A stretch of 52,528 bases of DNA, taken from positions 1 through 52,528 of the forward strand of contig JAYUUT010000162.1 in assembly GCA_043754455.1 (NCBI GenBank), given 5' to 3'. The notes below the pieces were generated by a model, which did not search any database, was not told where the DNA came from, and saw nothing but the letters and a program-made list of their open reading frames with translations. Source of the DNA: Myxococcales bacterium (GTDB lineage Bacteria > Myxococcota_A > Polyangia > Fen-1088). Positions 10,612-21,129 of the stretch are shown piece by piece. Every line of letters starts with the position of its first letter. Position 1 is the first letter of the stretch. The position numbers and the translations under genes were made by a program.

Positions 10612-10890
10612 ATGCGCATCGACCAACCTATTGCCAGCACAGGGGTGGATTTTTCCACTTTCGTCATGTCGCTTGGCAGCTCAGCCCTGATGCATCTAGG
10701 CGCCCTGCCAGGGCCCGACGGTAAGACAGAAGGGATAAGCCTTCCCTTGGCCCAGCAGACCATCGACGTGTTGTCGCTGCTGGAAGAAAAGACCCGCAAC
10801 AACCTGTCGGTGGAAGAGACCGAACTGTTGACCGGCCTGCTCTATGATCTGAGGCTGCGCTACGTCGAGTGCGCGCGATCGAGAAAATAG
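10612..10890 (+). CDS. DUF1844 domain protein
   Basis: [75 protein letters not shown] matches the DUF1844 pattern as I remember it. ATG 10612 follows GGAAGGA. Alternative starts are ATG 10567 or the longer 10456 ORF (Arg-rich, unlikely). Confidence 0.65.
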   Translation: MRIDQPIASTGVDFSTFVMSLGSSALMHLGALPGPDGKTEGISLPLAQQTIDVLSLLEEKTRNNLSVEETELLTGLLYDLRLRYVECARSRK

Positions 10891-10891
10891 G

Positions 10892-13471
10892 GTGAGATTC
10901 GATTTTCTGGCGGCCGACGCGCGCCAGGCTTTGATCGCCGCGCAACGCCTGGCGCGGACGCGGGACGAGGACGCGGTTGAACTCGAACACCTGCTGCTAG
11001 GGCTTTTAACAACGGCACCCGTTGTCGCCCTGCTGGCCCGCGCCGAGGTCGACGCCGATGGCCTGCAGCGCGGGTTGGAACAGGCACTCTCCGGTTCACC
11101 GAAACGCCCAGGCGCCCAGGTTTTTCTAGGCGAGCGGGTGTTACGTCTTTTGGACGTTGCCCAGGTTGAGGCACAGGAACGTGGCGCTACGACCGTGGGG
11201 CCCCTGGATCTTCTGGTCGGCATTCCGCTAGAAACCCGCTCGGCGGCGGCGGAATTGCTACGTGACCGGGGGCTGACGCTACCTCGCTTGGAACAGCTCA
11301 CCTCCTCGACTGAATCGCCGCCATCGCCCACGCCACCACCGCCGCCAACCGAGATCACCCACCGCCCGTTGCTGGCAAAATACGCCCGCGACCTGATCGC
11401 CGAAGCACGCAGTGGAAAAATGGATCCGGTGGTTGGGCGCGACAATGAAATCCGCCGCATGGTCCAGATCTTGGGACGCCGTGGAAAAAATAACCCCGTG
11501 TTGGTGGGCGATCCTGGGGTGGGTAAGACCGCTATTGTCGAAGGGCTGGCGCAGCGGATGGCCGAAGGGGACGTACCCGACAGCCTGCGGGGAAAACAAC
11601 TGTTGGGGCTGGACGTAGGCCAGCTGGTCGCGGGCGCAAAATTCCGCGGGGAATTCGAAGAACGAATCCGCGGGCTGATGGCCGAAGTCCGCGATGCTGA
11701 CGGCGAAATTCTTCTGTTTTTCGACGAATTGCATACCCTGGTGGGCGCCGGTCAAGGTGAAAGCGGCCTCGATGCCGCCGAGTTGTTCAAACCCGCCCTC
11801 GCCCGCGGGGAATTGACCATTATCGGTGCCACAACACCGGACGAATACCGCCTGCACATTGAAAAAGATCCTGCGTTTGAACGACGGTTGCAGCCTGTCC
11901 TTGTGGCTGAGCCCGATGAGGACACGTGCCTTGCCATGTTACGCGCGGTGAAACCCCGCTACGAAGAACGCCACCGCGTACGCGTTCTGGATGAAGCCCT
12001 TTTGGCAGCGGTCAAACTATCGCGCCGGTATCTGGCCGGTCGCGCGTTGCCGGACAAGGCCATCGATCTGCTGGACGAGGCCGCCAGTCGATTGCGGCTG
12101 GAACTGGATTCCCGGCCCGATGAATTGGACGCTTTGGAAAGAAAGGCGCGTGGCCTCCGCGTACAAATCGAAGCCCTTCGCAAGGAACGCGGCGCTGAAC
12201 CACAGGCGTTGCGGGAAGACCGCGAAAGGCAGCTTGCTGCCTTGTCGGATCAACTGGTGCCCCTGCACGCCAAATGGCAGGCGGAACTGCAAATCATTAC
12301 GTCGCTGGGTGAGGCGGCGGCGGCACTGGAATCAACACGCGTTCATGCCGAAGCGGCCGAACGTCTAGGCGACCTCTCGCGCGCGGCCGAAATCCGCTAC
12401 GGAAAACTTCCTGCCCTGGAGACCGCCGTTCTTCGGGCTGAGGCCCGCCTGCGCGAGGCCCAGGGGACAGAGCCACTTCTGGAGGACTCATGCCAAGGGG
12501 TTCATGTCGCCCGCGTCGTAGCTGATTGGACGGGCATTCCCGTAAACCGAATGTTGGAGGCCGAACGGCAAAAGGTACTGCAGATCGAAGATCGCCTACG
12601 CAAACGTGTCGTTGGACAGGACGAGGCGGTAAAGGTCGTCGGGCACGCGATCAAACGCGCCCGCGCGGGTCTTGCCGATCCTGGACGACCCATCGGATCT
12701 TTCCTGTTCCTGGGACCAACGGGGGTCGGAAAAACTGAACTGACCAAGGCCCTGGCCGAATTTCTTTTCGACGACGAACATGCGCTGTGCCGCCTGGATA
12801 TGGCGGAATATATGGAAAAACACGCCGTTTCACGCCTGACCGGCGCCCCTCCCGGATACGTGGGTTTCGAAGATGGCGGGCAGTTGACCGAAGCTGTCCG
12901 TCGGAAACCTTTTTCTGTGGTTCTGTTCGACGAAGTTGAAAAAGCGCATCCCGATGTCTTCAATGTGCTTTTGGCATTGATGGATGACGGCCGGTTAACC
13001 GACAGCCGCGGCCGCACAGTCAGTTTTTCCAATACCGTGGTCATCCTAACGTCCAACCTGGGATCACCCGCGATCTTGGCCGCCAACGGCGATCGCGCAC
13101 GTATCAAGGCCGAAGTCGATTCCGCCCTGCGGGGACACTTCCGCCCCGAGTTTCTTAACCGTCTCGACGAGATCGTGATCTTCAACCCTTTAGGTACGGT
13201 GCAGATCGCCTCCATTGTCGATCTGCAGCTGCGACGACTGGAAAAATCGCTAGCCGAGCAAAACCTAAAACTGGACGTCAGCGCCGAAGCGCGCGCCCTC
13301 TTGGCCGAGGAAAGCTACGACCCCGCGTTTGGAGCCCGCCCTGTCAAACGCTGCGTCCAGCGGCGCATCCGAGATCCGCTGGCCGAAGCAATTCTTTTAG
13401 GCACCGTACGCCCCGGACAGGTGGTACGCGTGCAACGGGTCGATAAAACGCTGACGTTCACGGGGACGTAG
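10892..13471 (+). CDS. clpB: ATP-dependent disaggregase ClpB
   Basis: GTG start 1 nt after the preceding stop. Clp N-domain, two AAA+ modules ([16 protein letters not shown]) and a long coiled-coil middle domain between them. Confidence 0.95.
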   Translation: MRFDFLAADARQALIAAQRLARTRDEDAVELEHLLLGLLTTAPVVALLARAEVDADGLQRGLEQALSGSPKRPGAQVFLGERVLRLLDVAQVEAQERGATTVGPLDLLVGIPLETRSAAAELLRDRGLTLPRLEQLTSSTESPPSPTPPPPPTEITHRPLLAKYARDLIAEARSGKMDPVVGRDNEIRRMVQILGRRGKNNPVLVGDPGVGKTAIVEGLAQRMAEGDVPDSLRGKQLLGLDVGQLVAGAKFRGEFEERIRGLMAEVRDADGEILLFFDELHTLVGAGQGESGLDAAELFKPALARGELTIIGATTPDEYRLHIEKDPAFERRLQPVLVAEPDEDTCLAMLRAVKPRYEERHRVRVLDEALLAAVKLSRRYLAGRALPDKAIDLLDEAASRLRLELDSRPDELDALERKARGLRVQIEALRKERGAEPQALREDRERQLAALSDQLVPLHAKWQAELQIITSLGEAAAALESTRVHAEAAERLGDLSRAAEIRYGKLPALETAVLRAEARLREAQGTEPLLEDSCQGVHVARVVADWTGIPVNRMLEAERQKVLQIEDRLRKRVVGQDEAVKVVGHAIKRARAGLADPGRPIGSFLFLGPTGVGKTELTKALAEFLFDDEHALCRLDMAEYMEKHAVSRLTGAPPGYVGFEDGGQLTEAVRRKPFSVVLFDEVEKAHPDVFNVLLALMDDGRLTDSRGRTVSFSNTVVILTSNLGSPAILAANGDRARIKAEVDSALRGHFRPEFLNRLDEIVIFNPLGTVQIASIVDLQLRRLEKSLAEQNLKLDVSAEARALLAEESYDPAFGARPVKRCVQRRIRDPLAEAILLGTVRPGQVVRVQRVDKTLTFTGT

Positions 13472-15116
13472 CTGCGTTTTTTCGTCGGCGCCTGATAACA
13501 AACACCCCTCCCCCTGTCATCGCAGCGAATCCGACTAGCATCGTGAAGGCCGCCCCCTCGTGCGCCGCCCGAAATTCCGGAAACCACCAATCCAGACGTA
13601 CCCGCTTCCAGCGATCCTGCACATCCACCGATAGGGTCGAATACCTTCGCCATGGCGCATCGACAGACGCTGTTGCCCAGTCATCACCCGCCACCACATG
13701 CCGAAGCATCCAATAGTGGCCCATCACCGGCTGAAAGGCGGGCAACCACTGCAGGCCGTGCGTGTCTTCAAAACAGGCGCCACATAACCCGTCGTGGGTC
13801 GCCGTCGCCGCGCCTGAACGATCCGGTCCGCCCAGCCACCGCGTTGCCACGTCTTGGCTGATGCGAATGAAATGATCCCAGAAAAACGCCACCCCCAGCA
13901 CCTGCACCCAGATTCCCATCGCTATCACCACGATGACCGCCCCTTTATGAATCCTCCCTTGCCACTTCACCGTATCCAACCAAATCACCGCAGACGCCCA
14001 AACCGGCGCGACCAGAAACACTAGATACCGCGGCCCCCACGCATAGTCGCCTGCCCAAAACAGAAACGTCCCATAGATCAGCACCACGGGCCCGCCCAGC
14101 GCCAACAGCGTCACCCAGCCCACACGCCAGCGCCCCCATGCAAACCGCAGCGATGCCAATGACAGCAGAAGCGGCGGGCTGTAGATAAACACGCTTTTCC
14201 CTGGCGATAGGAACAGCCCCCACAGCCCCAGCCACAATCGTTCGCCAAAGGGCGATAGCCGTACAAGATCGCCCGATGGTTTCAGAACGTAGCCCGCGTT
14301 GAACACTGAACCGAAGCGGGCAAAGTTATACGCAAGCATCAGCGCCACAAACGGCAGCGACGCTAAGACCGTAAAACCAATCCCCCGCCAGCGTCCGCGA
14401 GCGGATCTCGCTGTCAGGAAGATCAATCCTGGCCAGGCCGCTGCGTACACGGGCTTTGTCGCCATTAGAAGCCCCGCCCAAGCCCCGACGCGGACAAAAT
14501 CGCGCCCTCGCGCCTCAGGCGTTATTCGCAGCACCGCGTCGATGAGGCCCAAGAACGCCACGGCCTGAATCGCCTCACCGTACGGCGAACGTGCATAGAC
14601 CCAAATGGTCGTTCCAAGCGCAAGCACCGCCGTACCCAGCAGAGCAGCCACTTCGCGTACTCCTTGTCGGCGCAAAAATCCAAAAAAAATCCCGCACAAA
14701 ATTGCCCCCAACAACGCCGGCCCTAGATGGCTGAAAAACGGCGTCGTGTAGGGCGCGGTTCGCGGCGCCACCAACCCCAGCAGGTACCGCAAAAAGGCCC
14801 CTGGTACATGCACTAAGGACTGCACAAGCGGTGCCACCGCGTATATGCGTCCATCTCGGCCACGGGGCAGATCCTGGGGCCACGCCGTGGGAATGTTCAC
14901 GTCCCCCCGGCGAACGAGGCTTTCAGCCACCTCCCATATCGGCGTCGCATCCCCCCAAGGCTTTTCGCGTCCGCCCGTTAAAAGAAAAAAACCGAGCACC
15001 GCGGTGAACAGCGCTGCCCGGACGCGCATAGGCGATGAAGGTGCCTCCATGAACAGGGGGACTTTAGCCTGATCCCGGGATGGAGCGCGGTTCAACGCCC
15101 CGTGGGAACGCGACAA
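13458..15116 (-). CDS. Polytopic membrane protein, GT-C-fold glycosyltransferase-like (ArnT/PMT, GT39-type)
   Basis: More than 10 predicted hydrophobic helices and a first-loop acidic/aromatic segment (GREKPWGDATPIWEVAESLVRRGD). The family call is tentative. The start may be an internal ATG (15050 or 15029). The 3' end overlaps the clpB 3' end by 14 nt. Confidence 0.5.
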   Translation of the reverse strand: MSRSHGALNRAPSRDQAKVPLFMEAPSSPMRVRAALFTAVLGFFLLTGGREKPWGDATPIWEVAESLVRRGDVNIPTAWPQDLPRGRDGRIYAVAPLVQSLVHVPGAFLRYLLGLVAPRTAPYTTPFFSHLGPALLGAILCGIFFGFLRRQGVREVAALLGTAVLALGTTIWVYARSPYGEAIQAVAFLGLIDAVLRITPEARGRDFVRVGAWAGLLMATKPVYAAAWPGLIFLTARSARGRWRGIGFTVLASLPFVALMLAYNFARFGSVFNAGYVLKPSGDLVRLSPFGERLWLGLWGLFLSPGKSVFIYSPPLLLSLASLRFAWGRWRVGWVTLLALGGPVVLIYGTFLFWAGDYAWGPRYLVFLVAPVWASAVIWLDTVKWQGRIHKGAVIVVIAMGIWVQVLGVAFFWDHFIRISQDVATRWLGGPDRSGAATATHDGLCGACFEDTHGLQWLPAFQPVMGHYWMLRHVVAGDDWATASVDAPWRRYSTLSVDVQDRWKRVRLDWWFPEFRAAHEGAAFTMLVGFAAMTGGGVFVIRRRRKNAATSP

Positions 15117-16231
15117 ATGACGACATCGATCTTTAGGCCCCCATTGACCAGCCTGTGGCTCCGTTCAATCGGAAGCCCCAGCGCCTGCGCAAACCGTGCC
15201 TGCGGCACGATGATTCCCGCACGCCACCCACCAAATTGCGTCCTTAGCCCCCGCCCCAGATCTCGAAAAAACCGCTCTGGGGTCCCCGATAACGCCAAAC
15301 GACGCCCGTACGGGGGATTCGCCACCACCAACCCGGGCTCACCCGGCGGACGCCAATGCCCAAGCTCTGTCTCGACCACCGTCACCCGGTTCTCAAGCTG
15401 CGCCCGCACCAGATTACGGCGCGTGATCACAAGGGCGCCCGGATCTCGATCGCAGGCGAAAATCGCCCCCGCAGCCTTCACCCCTGAAGCCAGGATATGC
15501 TTCCTTATCTCAGTCAAATTCGTCCAACGCTCGCAGGCAAACGACCGGTTTTGCCCGGGGGCACGTCCCTCGGCTATCGATCCCGCCTCCAGCACGAACG
15601 TTCCCGCTCCGCACATCCCATCCACCAAGGTCTGCTTCGGATCGTATTCGCACAACGCCAAAACCCCTGCCGCCAGGGTTTCCCTTAACGGCGCCCGGCC
15701 GATGTCAACGCGATCTCCGCGCCTGTGCAGCAGCTCCCCCGATGCGTCCACGCTCACCGTAAACACGTCCCTGTCGCCGCGCAAAAGAATGCGCGTGACC
15801 GCCGGTGTCTCGTCCCCATCATCATCCCCATCGCAAACCTCTGCCGGCAACAATTCGCGTTTCCCGGCCCGTCCTTGCACAGCCTGCACCACCTGATCCG
15901 AAATCGCCCCCGTGTGATACAGACGACATCGGGACGCTGCCACCGAGATCTTCAGAGGCACGCCGACGGGCGCGTAGTCCTTCCACGGCATCTTATCGAG
16001 GGCCCGCCGCAATATCGCAAATTCGCGGGCCCGCACCGTGCCCAACCGCAGTAGGACACGCGTCGCCACCCGCAAACGCAGATTTGCTGCCAAGCCCGCT
16101 TGCAGGGATCCCGAAAATTCAACCCCTCCGGGCGTAACCTTTAGATCGCTAACGCCCACATCCGACAGCCGTTCACATTCCGCGCATACAACGTCCTGCA
16201 GCCCCGGCGCCGCCACCGCAAACCACCGCAT
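15092..16231 (-). CDS. THUMP-domain class I SAM-dependent RNA methyltransferase (RlmL/K-like N6/N2 type)
   Basis: The N-terminus MRWFAVAAPGLQDVVCAECERL is THUMP-like. SAM fold DGMCGAGTFVLEA and catalytic VVANPPYGRRL (NPPY). The ORF is open to 16312; I prefer ATG 16231. Confidence 0.7.
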   Translation of the reverse strand: MRWFAVAAPGLQDVVCAECERLSDVGVSDLKVTPGGVEFSGSLQAGLAANLRLRVATRVLLRLGTVRAREFAILRRALDKMPWKDYAPVGVPLKISVAASRCRLYHTGAISDQVVQAVQGRAGKRELLPAEVCDGDDDGDETPAVTRILLRGDRDVFTVSVDASGELLHRRGDRVDIGRAPLRETLAAGVLALCEYDPKQTLVDGMCGAGTFVLEAGSIAEGRAPGQNRSFACERWTNLTEIRKHILASGVKAAGAIFACDRDPGALVITRRNLVRAQLENRVTVVETELGHWRPPGEPGLVVANPPYGRRLALSGTPERFFRDLGRGLRTQFGGWRAGIIVPQARFAQALGLPIERSHRLVNGGLKIDVVICRVPTGR

Positions 16232-16402
16232 TGGCGTCGGCCGATCCGATCGGGCTCCCCATGTCACAGGCGCGACCGACATAGGTTTCCTATCGACGGG
16301 TTTTTGCTTCACGGACGGCAGGCCATGCTTTTACCACCTAACCCCTCCGGGACTGCTAAACTGCGGCGCTTTTCTCGCCCCGACCCAAAAGGATCTTTTC
16401 TT

Positions 16403-19400
16403 ATGTCCATCCGCAAATTCGAACGCGTTCTGGTGGCCAACCGCAGTGAAATCGCCATTCGCGTCTTCCGCGCCTGCACTGAACTCGGGATTCGCACTCT
16501 CGGCATTTTCAGCAAAGAAGATCGCTCCGCCCTGCACAGGTACAAGGCCGACGAATCGTACGCGCTCGACGAAGGGCTTGACCCGATCAAGGCGTACCTC
16601 GACATCCCGGGCATTGTGGCCATCGCCAAACGGCAGGGCGCCGACGCGGTCCATCCAGGGTACGGCTTCTTGTCCGAAAATGCCGAATTCGCACGGACCT
16701 GCGAGGCCGCAGGCATCAAATTCATTGGCCCCTCGCCCACCGTCCTTGAATTGATGGGCGACAAAACAGCCGCCCGCCGCCAGGCCCAAAAGATTGGCCT
16801 TTCCGTCGTCCCCGGCACCGACGAACCCCTCCCCTCGCCCGCCGAGGCCGCCCGCCTCGCCCGGGACATCGGCTACCCGGTTATTCTCAAAGCGTCGTTT
16901 GGTGGCGGCGGTCGCGGCATGCGGGTCTGCACCAACGAACCCGAACTTATCGAGTTTCTGGTCCAGGCCGAACGCGAAGCCATCGCTGCCTTTGGCCGCG
17001 GCGACGTGTTCCTAGAAAAATACATTGAACGCCCCAAACACATCGAAGTGCAAATTTTGGCCGATGCTCATGGCCACACCGTTCACCTTTTTGAAAGGGA
17101 TTGTTCGGTTCAACGCCGACACCAAAAGGTCGTCGAGATCGCACCGTCCCCGCACCTGGATCCCCAACTGCGTACGACCCTGTGCGACGAGGCCGTGCGG
17201 TTGGCAGCATCGGTCGGGTACGTCAACGCGGGCACCGTCGAATTCCTGGTCGACGCCCACGGGCACCATTATTTCATCGAAATGAACCCCCGTGTTCAGG
17301 TCGAACACACGGTGTCCGAAATGGTCACGGGCATCGACATCGTAAAATCCCAGATCCGCGTGGCGGAAGGCTACGCCCTGCCTAGCCCCGAAATCGGTAT
17401 CACGTCTCAAAAAGACGTCAGCTTGCGTGGTTTCGCCATCCAATGCCGCATCACCACCGAAGATCCAAAAAACAACTTCATTCCCGACTATGGCCGTATC
17501 AGCCACTACCGATCGGCAGCGGGTTTCGGCATTCGCCTGGACGCGGGCACCGCTTTCTCCGGCGCGCTTATCACTCCCTTTTATGATTCTCTGTTGGTCA
17601 AGGTGTGCGCTTCAGGGCTCAGTTTCGACGAGGCTTGCAACAAGATGGATCGTGCGCTGGCCGAATGGCGCGTGCGCGGCGTGAAGACCAACCTACCTTT
17701 TTTGCGCAACGTGATCGCCCACCCTCAGTTTCGGGCAGGCGACGCCACCACCACGTTTATCGCGGATACACCGGCTCTCCTTCAGTTCGCAGAACGTTTC
17801 GATCGCGCGACAAAACTACTTGAATTCATCGGCGACGTCAGTGTCAACGGAAATCCCGAGGTCAAGGGTGCCCGGCCCGCGGGCCTGCGCAAGCCGCCGG
17901 TCCCCGCCTACGATCCGTCATCACCTCCCCCACCCGGTACCCGGGACCTGTGGAAGCAGCTTGGGACCGACCGGTTCATGGGTTGGATCAAAGATCAGAA
18001 ACGTCTGCTTCTCACCGACACAACCCTTCGCGACGCGCACCAGTCCCTGATGGCAACACGCCTGCGTACACACGACATGGCCCGGGTCGCCCCTGCTGTC
18101 GCCCGCCAGTTGTCGGGTCTATTTTCTTTGGAAATGTGGGGTGGCGCCACCTTCGACGTCGCCATGCGCTTTCTTCATGAAGATCCGTGGGAACGCCTTG
18201 CGCTTTTACGTCGGCAGATCCCCAACGTGCTTTTCCAGATGCTCCTTCGCGGCGCCAACGCCGTCGGTTACACCAACTACCCCGACAACGTGGTTCGCAA
18301 ATTCATTGAAGAAGCCGTGAAAACCGGCATGGACATCTTCCGCATTTTCGATTCTCTGAACTGGTTACCAGGTCTGGTGCCGGCCATCGGAATGGTGCGG
18401 GAAGCAGGTGGCATCGCCGAGGCAGCCCTTTGTTACACCGGCAACATCGACGATCCGCGCCGCAACCGCTACGACCTCGCCTACTACGTGAAAATGGCGA
18501 AAGAACTAGAAAAGGCCGGGGCCCATATTCTCGCCATTAAAGACATGTCCGGCCTTCTGCGCCCCTTTGCCGCCCGGCGCCTCATCAAAGCGCTCAAGGA
18601 CGAGGTGGGATTGCCCATTCACCTGCACACCCACGATACCGCAGGTGTACAATCGGCGACATTGCTCTACGCTGCCGAAGCAGGTGTCGATATCGTCGAC
18701 ACGGCCTTCGGGGCCATGTCCAGTCTCACCTCCCAGCCGATCATGGAATCCGTGGTGGCAGCGCTTGAAGGACAAGATCGTGACACCGGCATGGATTTTC
18801 ATCGCCTTCTGGATTTCACCTACTACTGGGAAGAAGTGCGCCCTTACTACGCCGCTTTCGAAAGCGGCCTGAAGGCCCCCAGTGCGGATGTCTATATTCA
18901 CGAGATCCCCGGCGGCCAGTACAGCAATCTGAAACCCCAGGCAGAATCGGTTGGGGTTGGCCATCGCATACCAGAATTGAAACGCATGTACGCCGTCGTC
19001 AATGACGTCTTGGGCGACATCGTTAAGGTCACGCCGTCTTCTAAAATGGTCGGCGATCTAGCGTTGTTTATGATGAACAACGATCTTAATGCCAGCAATT
19101 TGGAAACTCGCGCTCGCGATCTATCTTTCCCGGAATCGGTCGTGGGGTATTTTGCAGGCGACATCGGCCAGCCCCCTGGTGGCTTCCCCGCTAAACTGCA
19201 AGAAGCCGTTCTTAAGGGCCGCAAGCCCCTGACCACCCGCCCCGGCGACACCATGGCACCCGTCGACTTCGACAAGACCCGCGACACTGTGCAAGCCAAG
19301 GTGGGCCGGCCCCTCAGTGACAACGACCTGATGAGCTACCTCATGTACCCGAAGGTCTTCACCGATTTCGCCGACTTCACGAAGAAGTACGGCGAAATCA

Positions 19401-19846
19401 CTGCCGTTCCGACCGACGTCGTGTTCTATGGCTTGCGCAAAGGCGAGGAAACCGAAGTCGAGATCGAGATGGGCAAGACCCTGTTCGTCCGCCTGCAGTC
19501 CATGTCCGAACCCAACGAACACGGCATGCGGACGCTCTACTTTGAACTCAACGGCCACCCCCGAGAGGTTGAGGTGCCCGATCGGAAGCTTGGCACCTCC
19601 AAGACGGCTCGGCCCAAGGCCGACAAAGACAATCTTCACCATATGGGATCGCCAATGCCAGGCGCCGTCGTCGAGGTCAAGATCAAGCCTGGCGACGAGG
19701 TCAAAGTCGGCGACAAGCTGATAGTTCTTGAGGCCATGAAGATGGAGATGACGCTGTCGTCTCCCATTGCCGCGGTCGTCAAAGAAGTCACCGTCGCGCC
19801 AAAAGATCGAGTGGATACGGGAGATCTTCTCATCGTATTTCAGTAG
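16403..19846 (+). CDS. pyc: Pyruvate carboxylase (single-chain: BC, CT and BCCP domains)
   Basis: Start MSIRKFERVLVANRSEIAIRVFRAC at ATG 16403. Biotin carboxylase ATP-grasp, carboxyltransferase TIM barrel (LLTDTTLRDAHQS) and C-terminal biotinylation motif LEAMKMEM. Confidence 0.95.
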   Translation: MSIRKFERVLVANRSEIAIRVFRACTELGIRTLGIFSKEDRSALHRYKADESYALDEGLDPIKAYLDIPGIVAIAKRQGADAVHPGYGFLSENAEFARTCEAAGIKFIGPSPTVLELMGDKTAARRQAQKIGLSVVPGTDEPLPSPAEAARLARDIGYPVILKASFGGGGRGMRVCTNEPELIEFLVQAEREAIAAFGRGDVFLEKYIERPKHIEVQILADAHGHTVHLFERDCSVQRRHQKVVEIAPSPHLDPQLRTTLCDEAVRLAASVGYVNAGTVEFLVDAHGHHYFIEMNPRVQVEHTVSEMVTGIDIVKSQIRVAEGYALPSPEIGITSQKDVSLRGFAIQCRITTEDPKNNFIPDYGRISHYRSAAGFGIRLDAGTAFSGALITPFYDSLLVKVCASGLSFDEACNKMDRALAEWRVRGVKTNLPFLRNVIAHPQFRAGDATTTFIADTPALLQFAERFDRATKLLEFIGDVSVNGNPEVKGARPAGLRKPPVPAYDPSSPPPPGTRDLWKQLGTDRFMGWIKDQKRLLLTDTTLRDAHQSLMATRLRTHDMARVAPAVARQLSGLFSLEMWGGATFDVAMRFLHEDPWERLALLRRQIPNVLFQMLLRGANAVGYTNYPDNVVRKFIEEAVKTGMDIFRIFDSLNWLPGLVPAIGMVREAGGIAEAALCYTGNIDDPRRNRYDLAYYVKMAKELEKAGAHILAIKDMSGLLRPFAARRLIKALKDEVGLPIHLHTHDTAGVQSATLLYAAEAGVDIVDTAFGAMSSLTSQPIMESVVAALEGQDRDTGMDFHRLLDFTYYWEEVRPYYAAFESGLKAPSADVYIHEIPGGQYSNLKPQAESVGVGHRIPELKRMYAVVNDVLGDIVKVTPSSKMVGDLALFMMNNDLNASNLETRARDLSFPESVVGYFAGDIGQPPGGFPAKLQEAVLKGRKPLTTRPGDTMAPVDFDKTRDTVQAKVGRPLSDNDLMSYLMYPKVFTDFADFTKKYGEITAVPTDVVFYGLRKGEETEVEIEMGKTLFVRLQSMSEPNEHGMRTLYFELNGHPREVEVPDRKLGTSKTARPKADKDNLHHMGSPMPGAVVEVKIKPGDEVKVGDKLIVLEAMKMEMTLSSPIAAVVKEVTVAPKDRVDTGDLLIVFQ

Positions 19847-19885
19847 CCCACAGGCAGCCTCCCCCAAAACAAAGAAGTCCGTCCA

Positions 19886-20608
19886 ATGCCCAGCATTCTT
19901 ATCGTTGATGACGAAAGCGATATTCGCGAGGTCCTGGCGTACAACCTCATTGCCGCCGGGTTCGAGGTCATTCAGGCCGGGACCGCTGCCGACGCGCTTG
20001 AACGGGCACGGGCCCAGAAGCCTGATCTTGTCCTTCTTGATCTGATGTTACCCGATGGCTCTGGCCTAGACGTGTGCCGGATCCTCAAATCGTCCATCGA
20101 AACCCGGGATATTCAGGTGATTATGGTGACGGCGAAGGGTGAAGAGATCGATCGCGTCGTGGGCTTTGAACTGGGCGCGGATGACTACGTCGTCAAACCT
20201 TTCTCCACGCGCGAACTGCTGCTGCGTGTGCAGGCCATTTTGCGTCGGCGCAGCCCCACCACAGCACCGTCCCTCAGCACGATAGGTGGCCCGACTCGTT
20301 TTGGTTGTCTGCTCTTCGATCGCGAGGCCCACCGCGCCTGGGTCGACGACGCCGAAGTGCAACTGACGGCCCTTGAATTCCGCTTGCTCAGCACCCTTTA
20401 CGATCGCCGCGATCGAGTGCAGGCCCGGGGCACCCTGCTGCAAGACGTATGGGGTGCAAACGCCGACATGGCCACGCGAACCGTCGATACCCATGTCAAA
20501 AGACTGCGCGAAAAACTGGGAGCGGCAGGCGACTATATTGAAACCGTCCGCGGCGTTGGGTACCGGTTCGTGGCCGATCCAGCCGCCGCCGTGCCGTCCG
20601 AACCCTAA
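19886..20608 (+). CDS. OmpR/PhoB-family response regulator
   Basis: Receiver (ILIVDDESDIREVL, LVLLDLMLPDGSG, VVKPF) plus winged-helix output (LTALEFRLL, VDTHVKRLREKL, IETVRGVGYRF). There is no adjacent kinase. Confidence 0.9.
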   Translation: MPSILIVDDESDIREVLAYNLIAAGFEVIQAGTAADALERARAQKPDLVLLDLMLPDGSGLDVCRILKSSIETRDIQVIMVTAKGEEIDRVVGFELGADDYVVKPFSTRELLLRVQAILRRRSPTTAPSLSTIGGPTRFGCLLFDREAHRAWVDDAEVQLTALEFRLLSTLYDRRDRVQARGTLLQDVWGANADMATRTVDTHVKRLREKLGAAGDYIETVRGVGYRFVADPAAAVPSEP

Positions 20609-20619
20609 AATACGTTGCC

Positions 20620-21129
20620 CTAATCGGGACCTCCCATGCCCAGACCATCAACCCCGGGCGTATCGCTGCCCCGGCTGTCGGCTGCCGTCGCGTCGAGCGA
20701 AGCTGCATCAACCACCGTCACAGGAGGACGAGGCTCCTCCGCAGCATCAACCTCGTCCGGATCTTTTCCAGGACAACGGGTCCTGACCTGGGGAGAAGAC
20801 CAGATCCCCTCCGAACAAACGAATGTGCTCTCGACTCCGTAGGTGACGTCGTTTATCCGGCATGTGTCCGTGACGTAAGGGCACCGGTTCATCGAGACCG
20901 CATCGCGCGGGCACGTTTCACCCTCCTTGGGGGCCTCCGCCGGGCAATACGGGGACTCTTCGCCTTCCCCAGCGCCTGAGAATCCGCCCCCATCGACACT
21001 GAAGGGAACAGGACGGCTCAGCCGCGATTCGTCGTCAAAAGGTCCCGAGCACGCCGCAAGGCCCAGGAATGCCAGCCCCACCAGGGTGAAACCAACGCAC
21101 GGCCACTTCAGTCCGCTGTATCTCTGCAT
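20620..21129 (-). CDS. Cys-rich putative lipoprotein
   Basis: The start ATG at 21129 shares one nt with the thiE stop (TGATG on the minus strand). Signal peptide with lipobox LGLAAC, then 8 further Cys (CPAEAPKEGETCPRD...CPYVTDTCRIND...FVCSEG...TRCPG). The longer ORF to 21297 lies inside thiE and is rejected. Confidence 0.55.
   Translation of the reverse strand: MQRYSGLKWPCVGFTLVGLAFLGLAACSGPFDDESRLSRPVPFSVDGGGFSGAGEGEESPYCPAEAPKEGETCPRDAVSMNRCPYVTDTCRINDVTYGVESTFVCSEGIWSSPQVRTRCPGKDPDEVDAAEEPRPPVTVVDAASLDATAADSRGSDTPGVDGLGMGGPD

Noticed and set aside
10696-11460. 254-aa minus-strand ORF antisense to the DUF1844 gene and clpB
   Set aside because: Arg/Ser/Ala-rich shadow ORF. clpB on the plus strand is unambiguous.
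16304-16402. N-terminal extension of the pyc ORF
   Set aside because: The canonical biotin-carboxylase N-terminus (MSIRKFERVLVANRSEIA) starts at 16403. The upstream codons are not family-like.
2727-19856. Whether the CACAGGC extension of the DnaA boxes is statistically special
   Set aside because: The same 7-mer also occurs in unrelated places (for example near 2729, 16266 and 19851). I therefore treat it only as a shared flank of the boxes, not as independent evidence.
19121-19867. 248-aa minus-strand ORF antisense to the 3' end of pyc
   Set aside because: Shadow ORF opposite the biotin-carrier domain. No motifs.
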